Source: an uncultured Gemmatimonadales bacterium (lineage in GTDB: Bacteria; Gemmatimonadota; Gemmatimonadetes; Palauibacterales; Palauibacteraceae). From it: 64,000 nt of DNA. The position numbers were made by a program, and so were the translations under genes. Within the stretch, counting starts at the first letter, position 1. Each line of letters starts with the position of its first letter. Location of the stretch: NCBI GenBank assembly GCA_963783385.1, contig CAWANJ010000001.1, forward strand, positions 352,001 through 416,000. The letters are read 5' to 3'. Below the pieces are notes generated by a model. It worked only from the letters and a program-made list of their open reading frames with translations, was not told the origin of the DNA and did not search any database. Shown piece after piece: positions 30,336-40,835 of this stretch.

Positions 30336-31225
30336 GCCGAGGCTCCCTCTCGGGATCCGGCCGTCGGAAGCCGAGCCGGGCCGGTCGGCGCGGCGTCGGG
30401 CCCGCTCTCCTCCGCGTACCACTTGAAGAAGATGATGCTCATCACGACCCAGGCCGTGACGCCCATGAGCACCCACATGATGAGCCCGCCCCACTTCTGG
30501 TCCTGGATGGCCGAGAGCCCGAAGGGCCGCGCCCCGGCCGGGTAGACGGTGTAGACGACGTCAGTCGAGAGCGTGATGAGCGCGCCGATCAGCTTCATGA
30601 CCAGACCGAGCAGGAACAGGTAGATCATCTGCATCCCGTAGGACAGCCGATGCCCCTCGTAGGGACTCAGCACAGGCCACCACACGATCACGCCGGTGGT
30701 CATGAGCGCCAGGTGGCCGGCCACGTGGACGGGCCTGTAGGCGATGATCTGGTCGAACAGCGTCGGCACGTGCCACGTCGCCAGCGTGACCAGGAACAGG
30801 GCCGCCGCGATCCCCGGCCGGGTGAGCACGCGGGCGACCGCCGCGACCGGGGGCGACCCGAGCGCCTTCTCGACCACCCAGCGCGGCACGCCGCTGATCA
30901 GTAGCGGGGGCATGATCATGGTCATCAACATGACCTGGACCATGTGCGCGCTGAACAGGAAGTAGTCGCTGAGCTCGTGCACGGGCCCCGTGAGCGCCAC
31001 GAACATGGCCACCAGGCCGAGCACGAAGCGGGTCGTGCGGGCCGCCTGGTCGTCCGGACGCGGGATCCCCAGCCGCCTGCGCAGGGGCCCCGTCACGTAC
31101 AGGTAGCCGCCCAGCCAGGCCAGGACCCCGAGCGCCACGCTGGGAGGCGTGTCCCACGAGGGCCACACGAACGCCACCGGGGCTTCGCCGTGCAGGAGGA
31201 AGAGGGAGGTCAGACCACCAGTCAT
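30332..31225 (-). CDS. ctaG: Cytochrome c oxidase assembly factor (Caa3_CtaG family)
   Basis: YFLFSAHMVQ, WHVP, DQKWGGLIMW; multiple TM helices. Confidence 0.82.
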   Translation of the reverse strand: MTGGLTSLFLLHGEAPVAFVWPSWDTPPSVALGVLAWLGGYLYVTGPLRRRLGIPRPDDQAARTTRFVLGLVAMFVALTGPVHELSDYFLFSAHMVQVMLMTMIMPPLLISGVPRWVVEKALGSPPVAAVARVLTRPGIAAALFLVTLATWHVPTLFDQIIAYRPVHVAGHLALMTTGVIVWWPVLSPYEGHRLSYGMQMIYLFLLGLVMKLIGALITLSTDVVYTVYPAGARPFGLSAIQDQKWGGLIMWVLMGVTAWVVMSIIFFKWYAEESGPDAAPTGPARLPTAGSREGASA

Positions 31226-31436
31226 CGAACGCCGTCTCGCCTTCGGAGGTAGGCCGGGCCGAGCGCCCGGGCCGCGCGGGACTCCGGCCGACCCGGGTCC
31301 CGCCGTCCTTCAGGCTGCAAGTTGGAGGATCGGGGTCACGGCCTCAAGCGGACGGCTCGGAGCAGAAGGGCCGCGGGCGTTCGGCGTCGGCCGCCCAGTG
31401 CGCAAACAGTGCCGGCGAACGCCCGGGACGGGACGC

Positions 31437-31649
31437 TCAGGCCCCGGCCCTGGCCCCGTACCCGGCCGATTCCACCGCCCGGGCCAACGCCTCCATGGCC
31501 ACGGTTCCGCCGGCCGCCACACGGGCGCTACCGTCGTCCAGCGACACCTCGGCGCTCTCGACCCCCGGAACGCTCTCCAGCGCCTCGGTCACGGCCGCCG
31601 CGCACCCCTCGCACTTCATGCCATCAATGTGGAGCCGAATGTCCGTCAT
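31437..31649 (-). CDS. Heavy-metal-associated (CopZ-like) chaperone
   Basis: GMKCEGC (MxCxxC) and AVESAGY; 70 aa; GGAGG SD. Confidence 0.9.
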   Translation of the reverse strand: MTDIRLHIDGMKCEGCAAAVTEALESVPGVESAEVSLDDGSARVAAGGTVAMEALARAVESAGYGARAGA

Positions 31650-32476
31650 GGTTCCTCCCCTGCCGTCCGTGCGGTCTGCTCGCCGGACGAGCCGCCGCTG
31701 CATGGACCGCGCCGCCGCTCCCCCGTCCGGCGCCGACCCGCCGGCTCGAGGCGGGCCAGGCGACGCAGGTTCGCGGCTACGCGCGCGCCGAGCAGCCCCA
31801 GCATCCCGAGCGCCGCGATGCCGCCCGCCACATCGAAGATGGTGGCGCCCGCCCCCGCCACCCCGAACGGAAGCGGCCCCACGGTGAGGGCCAGCGTGTT
31901 GAGACCGATGAGCACCAGGCGCGCCTCCGTCGGCCCCAACCACGCATATCCGAAGCTGAACTCTCCGTAGACGTACGTCTCCAGGTAGACGTTGATGGAG
32001 AGCAGGTGGTAGGCGACCACGATGGCCAGTCCGACGGACAGGAGCATGTAGGGCGACAGGCCGAGGCCGAGCCCGATCGCGAAGGTCGAGAAGGCGTCCA
32101 CGAGGTGATCCAGGTAGAAGCCATAGCGGGGCCGCTCGATCCGCCGGTGGCGGGCCAGGGACCCATCGAGGCTGTCACCGAACCACTGGACGACGAGGCA
32201 GCCGCTGGCCGCCCACAGCCACGCCGGCGAACGGTTGCTGAGCAGATAGGCGGCTGCCGCCCCCAGCGACGCGATCACCCCGAGGGCCGTCATGTGGTCC
32301 GGGGTCACGCGGGCCGGAAGCCTCGCCGCCAACCAGGGAAGGACCCGGGCCTCGAGGCTCCGCAGAGCGAAGCGGGAAGTGCGCTCGTGCTCGGGGACCG
32401 CTGCCGCGCCGGGGTCACTGCTATCGGGTGGCGAGGGAGGGCCCTCGGCGCCGCGGTCAGAAATCGGGCCGTGCAT
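31646..32476 (-). CDS. CDP-alcohol phosphatidyltransferase family protein
   Basis: TPDHMT and DSLDGSLARHR...YGFYLDHLVD signature. Confidence 0.88.
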   Translation of the reverse strand: MHGPISDRGAEGPPSPPDSSDPGAAAVPEHERTSRFALRSLEARVLPWLAARLPARVTPDHMTALGVIASLGAAAAYLLSNRSPAWLWAASGCLVVQWFGDSLDGSLARHRRIERPRYGFYLDHLVDAFSTFAIGLGLGLSPYMLLSVGLAIVVAYHLLSINVYLETYVYGEFSFGYAWLGPTEARLVLIGLNTLALTVGPLPFGVAGAGATIFDVAGGIAALGMLGLLGARVAANLRRLARLEPAGRRRTGERRRGPCSGGSSGEQTARTAGEEP

Positions 32477-32586
32477 ACGACCTCCTCGACAGAGGGGCTC
32501 GGAGGGCGACATGGCGGGCCGCGTCGGCCGGTCCGCTCTCCCGCCAGCCTACGAGGAGGCCCGCCGGGGAGATTCGGCGGACCGGA

Positions 32587-34077
32587 TCAGCGCGTGAGCA
32601 CCCTCGCCACGGCGTCCTTCCAGTGGCGAACGCGGCGCTCGCGATCCTCGGGGGCGATCGACGGGTCCCAGCGCCGGTCGCGCCGCCAGTGACTCTCGAC
32701 GTCCTCCAGGCCCGCGTACACGCCCGCCTGGAGCCCCGCCAGATAGGCGGCGCCGAGCGCGGTGGTCTCGGTCACCTCGGGCCGCTCCACCGGCATCCCC
32801 ACCAGATCGGCGACCATCTCCATCCCCAGGTCGTTCCGAGACAGGCCGCCGTCGACCCGGAGCACCGACGGTACGACAGCCGTGTCCGCCTGCATGGCCT
32901 CGAGCAGGTCTCCGGTCTGGAATGCGACCGCCTCGAGTGCCGCCCGGGCGATCTCGGCCGGGCCCGTGTCCCTTCCCAACCCGAGCAACGCTCCCCGTGC
33001 GTCGGGGTCCCAGTGGGGCGCGCCGAGGCCGGTGAAGGCGGGCACCAGGACGACCTCGCTGTCGGCGCGGGCCTCCCTTGCCAGCACCTCGCTCGCGGCC
33101 GGGTCCTCCAGGATTCCGAGGCCCTCCCGCAGCCACCCTACCGCGGAGCCGGCGCTGAAGATGCTCCCCTCGAGGGCGTAGGTCACCTCGCCACCGAGCC
33201 GCCACGCCACGGTGGTGAGCAGGCGGTTGCGCGAGGCGACCGGATCCCGGCCCGTGACGAGGAGCAGGAAGGCCCCCGTTCCGTAGGTGCACTTGGCCGC
33301 GCCGGCCCGGAAGGCGGCCTGCCCGAAGGTGGCCGCCTGCTGGTCGCCGGCTACCCCGCCGATCGGAATGGCGCGGCCGAACAGGCCGGGCTCGGTCTCG
33401 CCGAAGGAGCCGGAGGAATCCCGCACCTCGGGGAGCACCGCGGCCGGAATCCCGAAGGTCTCCAGGAGCTCCTCGTCCCATCGCTGGTCGTGGATGTCGA
33501 ACAGGAGGGTCCTCGAGGCATTGGTCGCGTCGGTGGCGTGCACCCGGCCCCCGGTCAGGTGCCAGACGAGCCAGCTGTCCACCGTGCCGAAGGCCAGCTC
33601 GCCGCGCCCGGCCGCCTCTCGGGCTCCGTCGACGTGCTCCAGGAGCCAGGCCAGCTTGGTGGCCGAGAAATACGGATCCAGCAGCAGCCCCGTCTTCCGC
33701 CGCACCTCCGGCTCCAGGCCCCTCTCGCGCAGCGCGTCGCACAGCGGCGCGGTCCGCCGGTCCTGCCATACGATGGCCGGGTGCACCGGCCGACCCGTGG
33801 CCCGCTCCCACAGGAGCGTGGTCTCCCGCTGGTTGGTGATCCCGAGCGCCGCCACCCGGCCCGCGGAGGCCTCGGCCCGCTCGAGCGCCTCGCGGCACAC
33901 CGCCACCGCGTCGTCGCGGATTCGGGCCGGATCGTGCTCCACGCGTCCCGGGCCCGGATACGACTGGGGCAGCTCGCGGCGGGCCGTCACGACCGGCCGA
34001 CCATCGGCATCGAAGGCGATGGCCCGGGTCGACGTCGTGCCCTGGTCCAGGGCCAGGAGGAGAGGCTCGTCGCTCAA
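32587..34077 (-). CDS. glpK: Glycerol kinase
   Basis: ALDQGTTSTR, GITNQRET, VWQDRRT, DPYFSATK, GDQQAA, KCTYGTG, RVDGG; TTG start. Confidence 0.95.
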   Translation of the reverse strand: MSDEPLLLALDQGTTSTRAIAFDADGRPVVTARRELPQSYPGPGRVEHDPARIRDDAVAVCREALERAEASAGRVAALGITNQRETTLLWERATGRPVHPAIVWQDRRTAPLCDALRERGLEPEVRRKTGLLLDPYFSATKLAWLLEHVDGAREAAGRGELAFGTVDSWLVWHLTGGRVHATDATNASRTLLFDIHDQRWDEELLETFGIPAAVLPEVRDSSGSFGETEPGLFGRAIPIGGVAGDQQAATFGQAAFRAGAAKCTYGTGAFLLLVTGRDPVASRNRLLTTVAWRLGGEVTYALEGSIFSAGSAVGWLREGLGILEDPAASEVLAREARADSEVVLVPAFTGLGAPHWDPDARGALLGLGRDTGPAEIARAALEAVAFQTGDLLEAMQADTAVVPSVLRVDGGLSRNDLGMEMVADLVGMPVERPEVTETTALGAAYLAGLQAGVYAGLEDVESHWRRDRRWDPSIAPEDRERRVRHWKDAVARVLTR

Positions 34078-34272
34078 GAGCCGGGCGCTTCCGACCAGGC
34101 GAACCCGGGAGCGAGCCCGACATCCTCCGGCATGCTCTCGTCCGCCGTCACCCTGGACAGCCGGACGCCGCTCGCCGGCTCGGTCTCGACACCGGCCTCG
34201 CGGCAGCGCTGCCACTCGCGGCGCACGTCACGGAGCCCAGCTTGTTCCCGATTTCGTACACATCCATTCCCA

Positions 34273-34301
34273 TTGACAGGATAGGGGGGCCTTGGCAGTA
34301 T
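34273..34301 (+). promoter_or_regulatory. Sigma70-like promoter TTGACA-N17-CAGTAT with extended -10 TG
   Basis: Perfect -35 in an AT-enriched patch of an otherwise very GC-rich window. Confidence 0.5.
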
Positions 34302-34610
34302 TTACATAGGGGCTGGATTCATATAAGGGCCGGTGGGTTACGCGCGCTGCCGAGTCCGGCCCAACCGGAGGTGCCTGGTGAACCAAGCCTTCACAGCCAG
34401 AGTCCCCGAGACCCGTCCGGTCACGTAGGTGAAGGGACGTTCGGGACTCGGTTCCATCCCCGTCACCGCTCGCCATGACCCCATGATCCATCGGACGTTA
34501 AGTCTTCGGAGGCGTCCCATACAATGGGCCGGCAGCGCTCCGGGGGCGAACCGATCGGAGGCCGGCCGTCGGCGCCCGGTGACACGTCGGGGACCCGGCG
34601 CGTCCATCGC

Positions 34611-35771
34611 ATGCCAATGAGTACGACGGATCCGGGCACCGCAGACACGCACGACGCCTACCTCCAGGCCGTGTTCGATACGGTCCGTGACCCCCTGCTG
34701 ATCCTCGACGACCGACTCCGGGTGGAAGCCTCGAACCAGGCCTTCGGGCGCACCTTCGGCCTCCGCGCTCCCGCGGTCCTGGGGACCTCGATCTTCGAGC
34801 TGGGCGACGGCGACTGGGACATCCCCGTGCTCCGAGCACGGCTGAACGAGATCCTCGAACGGGCGGTCACCTTCGAGGACCTGGAAGTGGAACACGAGTT
34901 CCGGGGAATCGGCCCGCGGATCCTCCACCTCAACGCCCGGCGGCTCCAGCGCTCCGGCGATCAGCGCACGCGGATCCTCCTCTCTCTACACGACGTGACG
35001 GTCCCGGTCCAGGCCCGGCGCGCGCTCCGCCGGCAGGCCCAGGCCCTGGCCCGCTCCAACGAGGAGCTGGAGCAGTTCGCGTACGTGGCATCGCACGACC
35101 TCCAGGAGCCGCTCCGCATGGTGTCGAGCTACGTCCAGCTCCTGGCCCGGCGGTACGAGGGGCAGCTGGACGAGGACGCGGACAAGTTCATCGCCTACGC
35201 TGTGGACGGGGCCCGGCGAATGAAGTCCCTCCTCAGCGACCTCCTGACCTACTCCCGGGTGGGTCGGGTCGGAGACGACTTCGAGGAGGTCGACCTGGAG
35301 CGCGTGGTGGACGACGTGCTCGAAGACCTGCATCTGCGCGCCGAGGAGCTGGGCGCACGGATCGAGCGGAGGGGACTTCCCCGCGTGTACGGCAGCCCGA
35401 GTCAGCTGCGACAACTGTTCGAGAACCTGGTGCGCAACGCGCTCGACCATCACGGCGAGCCGCCTCCGCGCGTCCGGATCGAGGCAGAGGAAGACGACGC
35501 GGGCGCCTGGACCGTCACGGTGCGCGACGAGGGGCCTGGGATCGCATCGGAGCACCACGAGCGGGTGTTCGAGATCTTCCGTCGCCTGGCGCCCCGCGAC
35601 GATGCGTCGGGCTCCGGCATCGGCCTGGCGATCTGCCGAAAGATCGTGCGCGCCCACGACGGCCGCATCTGGGTCGAGTCCGAGCCCGGACGGGGGGCCG
35701 CCTTCCGCTTCACGCTTCCGAGGACCGCCGATGCCGCCGCCACGACCTTCATCGAGGGCGTCTATCCATGA
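34611..35771 (+). CDS. PAS-domain histidine kinase (Cph1/BphP-type kinase core)
   Basis: PAS domain, then [19 protein letters not shown]-box, [25 protein letters not shown]. Confidence 0.93.
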   Translation: MPMSTTDPGTADTHDAYLQAVFDTVRDPLLILDDRLRVEASNQAFGRTFGLRAPAVLGTSIFELGDGDWDIPVLRARLNEILERAVTFEDLEVEHEFRGIGPRILHLNARRLQRSGDQRTRILLSLHDVTVPVQARRALRRQAQALARSNEELEQFAYVASHDLQEPLRMVSSYVQLLARRYEGQLDEDADKFIAYAVDGARRMKSLLSDLLTYSRVGRVGDDFEEVDLERVVDDVLEDLHLRAEELGARIERRGLPRVYGSPSQLRQLFENLVRNALDHHGEPPPRVRIEAEEDDAGAWTVTVRDEGPGIASEHHERVFEIFRRLAPRDDASGSGIGLAICRKIVRAHDGRIWVESEPGRGAAFRFTLPRTADAAATTFIEGVYP

Positions 35772-36223
35772 TCCAGGACGAAACCCACCACCGCCCGATC
35801 GAGATCCACCTGGTCGAGGACAACCCCGGGGACGTCCGGCTCACGCGCGAGGCGCTGTCGGAGGCCAAGGTCCGCAACCGGCTCACGGTGTCCAGGACCG
35901 GTCGGGAGGCGCTCGAGCACCTGCGGGCCGGTGGGGAGCCCGGTCGACGTCCCGACCTCGTGCTCCTCGACCTCAACCTCCCCGACATGAGCGGCCACGA
36001 GATCCTCGCTTCGATCAAGGAGGACCCGGAGCTGCGCGACATCCCCGTCGTCATCCTCACCAGCTCCGAGGCGGAGGAGGACGTGGTGAGGAGCTACCGG
36101 GCCCACGCCAACGCCTACGTCACCAAGCCCGTGGACCTGGATGGCCTGGCGCAGATCGTCCAGTCCATCGATGGCTTCTGGTTCTCGGTGGTGCGCCTGC
36201 CCACACACCGGCATGAACGTTAG
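35768..36223 (+). CDS. Single-domain response regulator (Rcp1-like)
   Basis: [30 protein letters not shown]. Confidence 0.92.
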   Translation: MIQDETHHRPIEIHLVEDNPGDVRLTREALSEAKVRNRLTVSRTGREALEHLRAGGEPGRRPDLVLLDLNLPDMSGHEILASIKEDPELRDIPVVILTSSEAEEDVVRSYRAHANAYVTKPVDLDGLAQIVQSIDGFWFSVVRLPTHRHER

Positions 36224-39200
36224 TCCGAGGTCGGAGCGGCCCGTCCGCGTCCTCCTCATCGAGGACAACCCCGGAGACGCGCGACTGCTGCGGGAGGTGG
36301 CGTCGGACTGCCCCGGACTGTCGGCCGAGATCGCCTGGCGGCCAACCCTGGCGGAGGGTCTCCGCCACCTGGAGGAGGCCGAGGTCGACGCCGTGCTCGC
36401 TGATCTCGGCCTGCCCGACTCGGATGGCCTCGGCACGCTGCGAGCCCTGAATCCCCACCGGCTGGTGCCGCCGGTCATCGTGCTCACCGGACGCACGGAC
36501 GGCGAGCTGACGGCCGCCAGCCTCCGTGAAGGCGCCCAGGACTACCTGGTCAAGGACGGCCTGGAGCCCCAGCACCTGGAGCGGAGCATCCGCTACGCGA
36601 TTGCGCGGCGCGGCGCGGAGTTCGAGAGGATGCGGGCCGAGCAGCGCTACAGGAGCCTGTTCGAAGCCTCCTCGGAGGCTTTCCTCCTGGTCGATCAGGA
36701 GGGCGCGATCCGGGACCTGAACCCCGCGGCCGAGGCCCTGTTCGGATACGCGGCCGGCGACCTGTTGGGCCGAAGCGTGGAGGTCCTCTTGCCCGTCGGG
36801 GCGCGGTCCATCCACCGCCGCGAGCGTGCCAACTACCAGTCCAATCCCGAACCGGGGATCAAGCACTCCCCACGCGAGCTGATCGCGCTCTGCCAGGACG
36901 GCACGAAGCGGGACGTCGACATCGGACTGTCTCCCATGTCCAGCGATGGGAGCACGTGGACGGTCGCCGCCGTGCGCGACATCACCGATCGCAAGCAGGC
37001 CCAGCGCTCCCTCGAGGAGAGCGCGAGACGCCTGCGGGAGGCGCAGCGCATCGCTGGACTGGGACACTGGGAATGGGACCTCGGCGGCGACGTGATACAC
37101 TGGTCCGGGGAGACGGCGCGCATCTTCGGAGTGACCGGAGATGACGTCCGCCTGACGACCGGTGAGTTCCTCGATCTCCTCCATCCCGAGGACCGGAAGC
37201 GCGTGATCGAGCAGTTCGACGCGCTCGACGAGGGAAAGGACCAGACCGAGATCTTGCTGCGCGTCCTACGACCCGACGGCGAGCTGCGCTTCGTGCTCTC
37301 ACGCGCCGAGGTGCGGGAGCGCTCTGCCGGGCGACCGACCCTGATGACGGGCATCATCTACAATGTGACGGACCAAGAGCGGACCCAGCAGGCGCTGCTG
37401 CAAAGCGAGAGCCGGTTCCGGATGGCATTCGACCATGCGGCGACCGGTATGGCGCTGATCAACGACGAGGGCCGCTTCCTGGAGGTGAACGACGCGTTGT
37501 GCAAGCTGCTGGCGTACCCGCGCGAGGCGCTTCGCGACAAGAGCTTCCTGGACATCACGCATCCGGATGACGCCGGGCTGAGCCTCGGCCAGTTAGCGCG
37601 TCACCTCGGCGGCGACATTGAGCCCTTCTCCCTCGAGAAGCGCTACATCCGCCGAGATGGACGACAGATCTGGGCGCAGGTGAGCGTGGCGCCGTTTCCG
37701 TCGGCCGGCGGCGACACGATCCGATTCATCTCGCAGATCCAGGACATCACGGAGCGTAAGGAGGCCGTGCAGCAGCTCCGGCGCTCGGAGGCCAAGTACG
37801 CGCAGGTGTTCCAGACCAGTCCCGTGGGCATCACGATCACGACCCTGGACGGCAGCCGCTTCCTCGAGGTGAACCCGGCCTTCGCTGCGCTGTTCGGCTG
37901 CGCTCCGGAGGAGATGAGTGGACCACACGGCCCTGGAGCTGGACATGTGGGCCAACGCCGCCGACCGCGCCGAGCTCGTGCGGCGGGTCCGGGCCGGGCA
38001 GGGCGCCTCGCCCATGGAGAGCCAGGTGCGCAGGCGCTCGGGCGAGCTCGTCCCGATCGAGATCTCCGGAGGAGACGCTCGAGATCGACGGCGTGGACTG
38101 CCTGGTGGCGCTCACTCGGGACGTGTCGGAGCGGCAGCGGCTCCAGCGGGAGCTGGAGCGGCAGGCCCTATACGACAGCCTCACGGGCCTCCCCAACCGA
38201 TCCCTGTTCCGCGACCGGCTCGAGCACGCCCTGGCCCGGTCTTCGCGCTCGACCATCTGCGTGTCGGTGGCCCTCCTCGACCTGGACCGCTTCAAGATCG
38301 TGAACGACAGCCTCGGTCACGGCCGGGGCGACGAACTCCTGGCCGCCGTGGCCCAGCGCCTCGAGAGTTCGGTTCGGGGCCCGGACACCCTCGCCCGCCT
38401 GGGAGGCGACGAGTTCGCGGTCCTCGTCGAGACCGTGGACGCGACGGACGTCGAACCGATCGTCGGTCGACTTCTCGACACGTTCGAGGAGCCCTTCCCC
38501 ATCGGGGAGGGGACCATCCACGTGTCGGCCAGCGTCGGCGTCGCGACGAGCTCGGCGGTGATCGGGACCGCCGACGAGCTGCTCCGGCTCGCGGACGTGG
38601 CCATGTACGAGGCCAAGCGGCAGACGGGCAGCCAGATCCACGTCTTCGATACGACCACGGACGTTGTCGAGACCCACCGCATGCGGCGGGAGACGCAGCT
38701 GCACGTCGCCCTCGACCGGGACGAGTTCCGCCTCTTCTACCAGCCGGTCGTGGAGCTGGCCTCGGGCCGCATCGTGGGGGCGGAGGCGCTCATCCGCTGG
38801 CAGCACCGCATCGGACGGTCTCCTCTTACCGGGCGAGTTCATCCCCATCAGCCGAGGAGACCGGCCTCATCGTGCCGATCGGGACCTGGGTGAAGCACAC
38901 GGCCTGCGCCCGGGCCAGAGCGTGGATCGATGCCTACGGGCAGCCGGACTTCGTGATCAACGTGAACCTGTCGGCGCTGCACTTCGAACAGCCCGACTTC
39001 CTGGAGCGCATCGACGACACCCTGCGGTCGAGCGGGCTCGAAGCTCCCAACCTGCAGCTCGAGCTGACCGAGCGGTCCCTGCTCGGCAGCCTGTCCCACC
39101 TGGCCAGACTGCGCGAGCGGGGCGTGCGCGTCGCCATCGACGACTTCGGGACGGGGTACTCGTCGCTCGAGTACGTGACCCGGCTCGAAGTGGACACCCT

Positions 39201-39432
39201 GAAGATCGACCGCTTGATCATCCGTGGCGTGGGCCAGGACCCGCGCCACACGGCCATCGTGGAGTCCATCCTGCTCGTCGCCGACCGCCTCGGGCCACAG
39301 GTCGTCGCGGAGGGAATCGAGACCGAGGCGCAGCGGGCCACGCTCCAGGAGCTGGGCTGCCGCTACGGCCAGGGCTACCTGCTCGGGCGACCCATGCCCC
39401 CGGAGGCGTTCGAGGAGCTCCTGCGCGGATGA
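36213..39432 (+). CDS. REC-multi-PAS-GGDEF-EAL diguanylate cyclase/phosphodiesterase (indels near 37918, 38070 and 38805-38850)
   Basis: REC (IEDNPGD, DLGLPD), four PAS/PAC-like segments, [14 protein letters not shown]...[39 protein letters not shown]; spread over three frames. Confidence 0.88.
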
Positions 39433-39500
39433 GGGCCCGAATGTGGAAGAGGGGCCGCCCTGGCGGCCCCTCGGTGCGCTACGCGGATCGAGGGACGGGA

Positions 39501-39929
39501 TCAGCCGATCGCGACCAGCTCGATCTCGAACGTGAGGTCGCGGCCCGCCAGCGGATGGTTGGCGTCCAGCGTGACCATGTCGTCCTCGAGCGCCGCCACC
39601 GACACGGCGAACCGGTTGCCGTCGGGGTCCTTGGCCTCGAGGCGATCGCCCACGTCCGGATCCACGTCCTCGGGAAGCTGGTCGAGACCGATGCTGAACA
39701 CGAGCTCGTCCGAGCGCTCCCCGTACGCCTCATCGGGCCCGAAGGTGGCCGAGCGGGTCTGTCCCGGCTTCATCCCCACGACCGCGTTCTCGAACCCGGG
39801 GATCAGGTCCCCGGAGCCGATCGTGAAGGTGAGCGGCTCGCGGTTCTCCGAACTGTCGAACACGGTGCCGTCCTCGAGCGTGCCGGTGTACTGCACGGTC
39901 ACCGTGTCGCCCGTCTTCGCCTGGCTCAT
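39501..39929 (-). CDS. FKBP-type peptidyl-prolyl isomerase (SlyD/SlpA-like)
   Basis: YTGTLEDGTVFDSS, LIPGFE, AYGER, DANHPLAG. Confidence 0.93.
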   Translation of the reverse strand: MSQAKTGDTVTVQYTGTLEDGTVFDSSENREPLTFTIGSGDLIPGFENAVVGMKPGQTRSATFGPDEAYGERSDELVFSIGLDQLPEDVDPDVGDRLEAKDPDGNRFAVSVAALEDDMVTLDANHPLAGRDLTFEIELVAIG

Positions 39930-40252
39930 GGTCGCTCCCGTCATGGGGTCGGTGGATGCGTCGGCGCCCGGCTCGTCCGGGCCGTGGGTCGTGGGTCGTG
40001 CTCCAACACGATCGAGCACAGATCGTTCCTCGGCTCCCCGCCGGGCTGGGCGACCGCCACCACCCGATCACGACCCCCTCGGCAGCCGCACTCATGCCCG
40101 CGGCCGGGCGCTCTCTGTCGGGCTCCGCCCCACACCCGGTCGCCGACTTGTCCGGACAGTCCGCCCCCCGCTGCGCCGCTAGTTTGGACAGGCGGCACCC
40201 GAGACCGCATGACGCGGTCCGGGCCGACCCTCCTCCCACCGCGGAGGCGACC

Positions 40253-40696
40253 ATGTCCGTGGGTAGGATCTGCAGCCGAGTCGTGGTCACGGCGCATCCG
40301 GGCGACAGCGTCAGGGAGGCCGCCATCCGAATGGGGCGACACGACGTGGGAACGCTCGTCGTGATCGACGAGGACGCGATTCCCACGGGAATCCTGACGG
40401 ACCGCGACATCGCGCTCCGCTGCGTCGGCCGAAGCCTCGATCCCGACGCGACCGAGGTCGCGGACATCATGACCGCGCCCGTGAGCACCGCCGGCGAGCA
40501 CCTGCCGATCGAGGAGGCCGTAGGCCGCATGGCGGGCGCCGGCACCCGGCGCCTGGTCATCACGGACTCCTCCGACCGTCTGGTGGGCATCCTGGCGATG
40601 GACGACGTGCTCGACCTCCTGGTCGAGGAGGCGAGCGACCTGGGCCGTATCCTCCGGCATCAGACGGGCACCGCCAGGCCGGTCCTCCCGACCTGA
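40253..40696 (+). CDS. CBS domain protein
   Basis: Tandem CBS (GILTDRDI, LVGILAMDD); GGAGG SD. Confidence 0.9.
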   Translation: MSVGRICSRVVVTAHPGDSVREAAIRMGRHDVGTLVVIDEDAIPTGILTDRDIALRCVGRSLDPDATEVADIMTAPVSTAGEHLPIEEAVGRMAGAGTRRLVITDSSDRLVGILAMDDVLDLLVEEASDLGRILRHQTGTARPVLPT

Positions 40697-40835
40697 GGGC
40701 GCCCGGTCGCCCCGCGTCGGGACGTGCGCCCCTCGACGTTCAGGTAACGGTTCGCGTGCGCATGGGTGGCCTCGAGTCGCCATCCTCCGGGGGCGTGTGG
40801 AGGACGGAGGCGCGGACCCGCTCGAGGAGCGCGAC

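Noticed and set aside
34309-34330. tmRNA 5' end (GGGGCTG..TTC) or purine riboswitch (TCATATAA)
   Set aside because: Short matches only; the downstream conserved elements of both RNAs are missing
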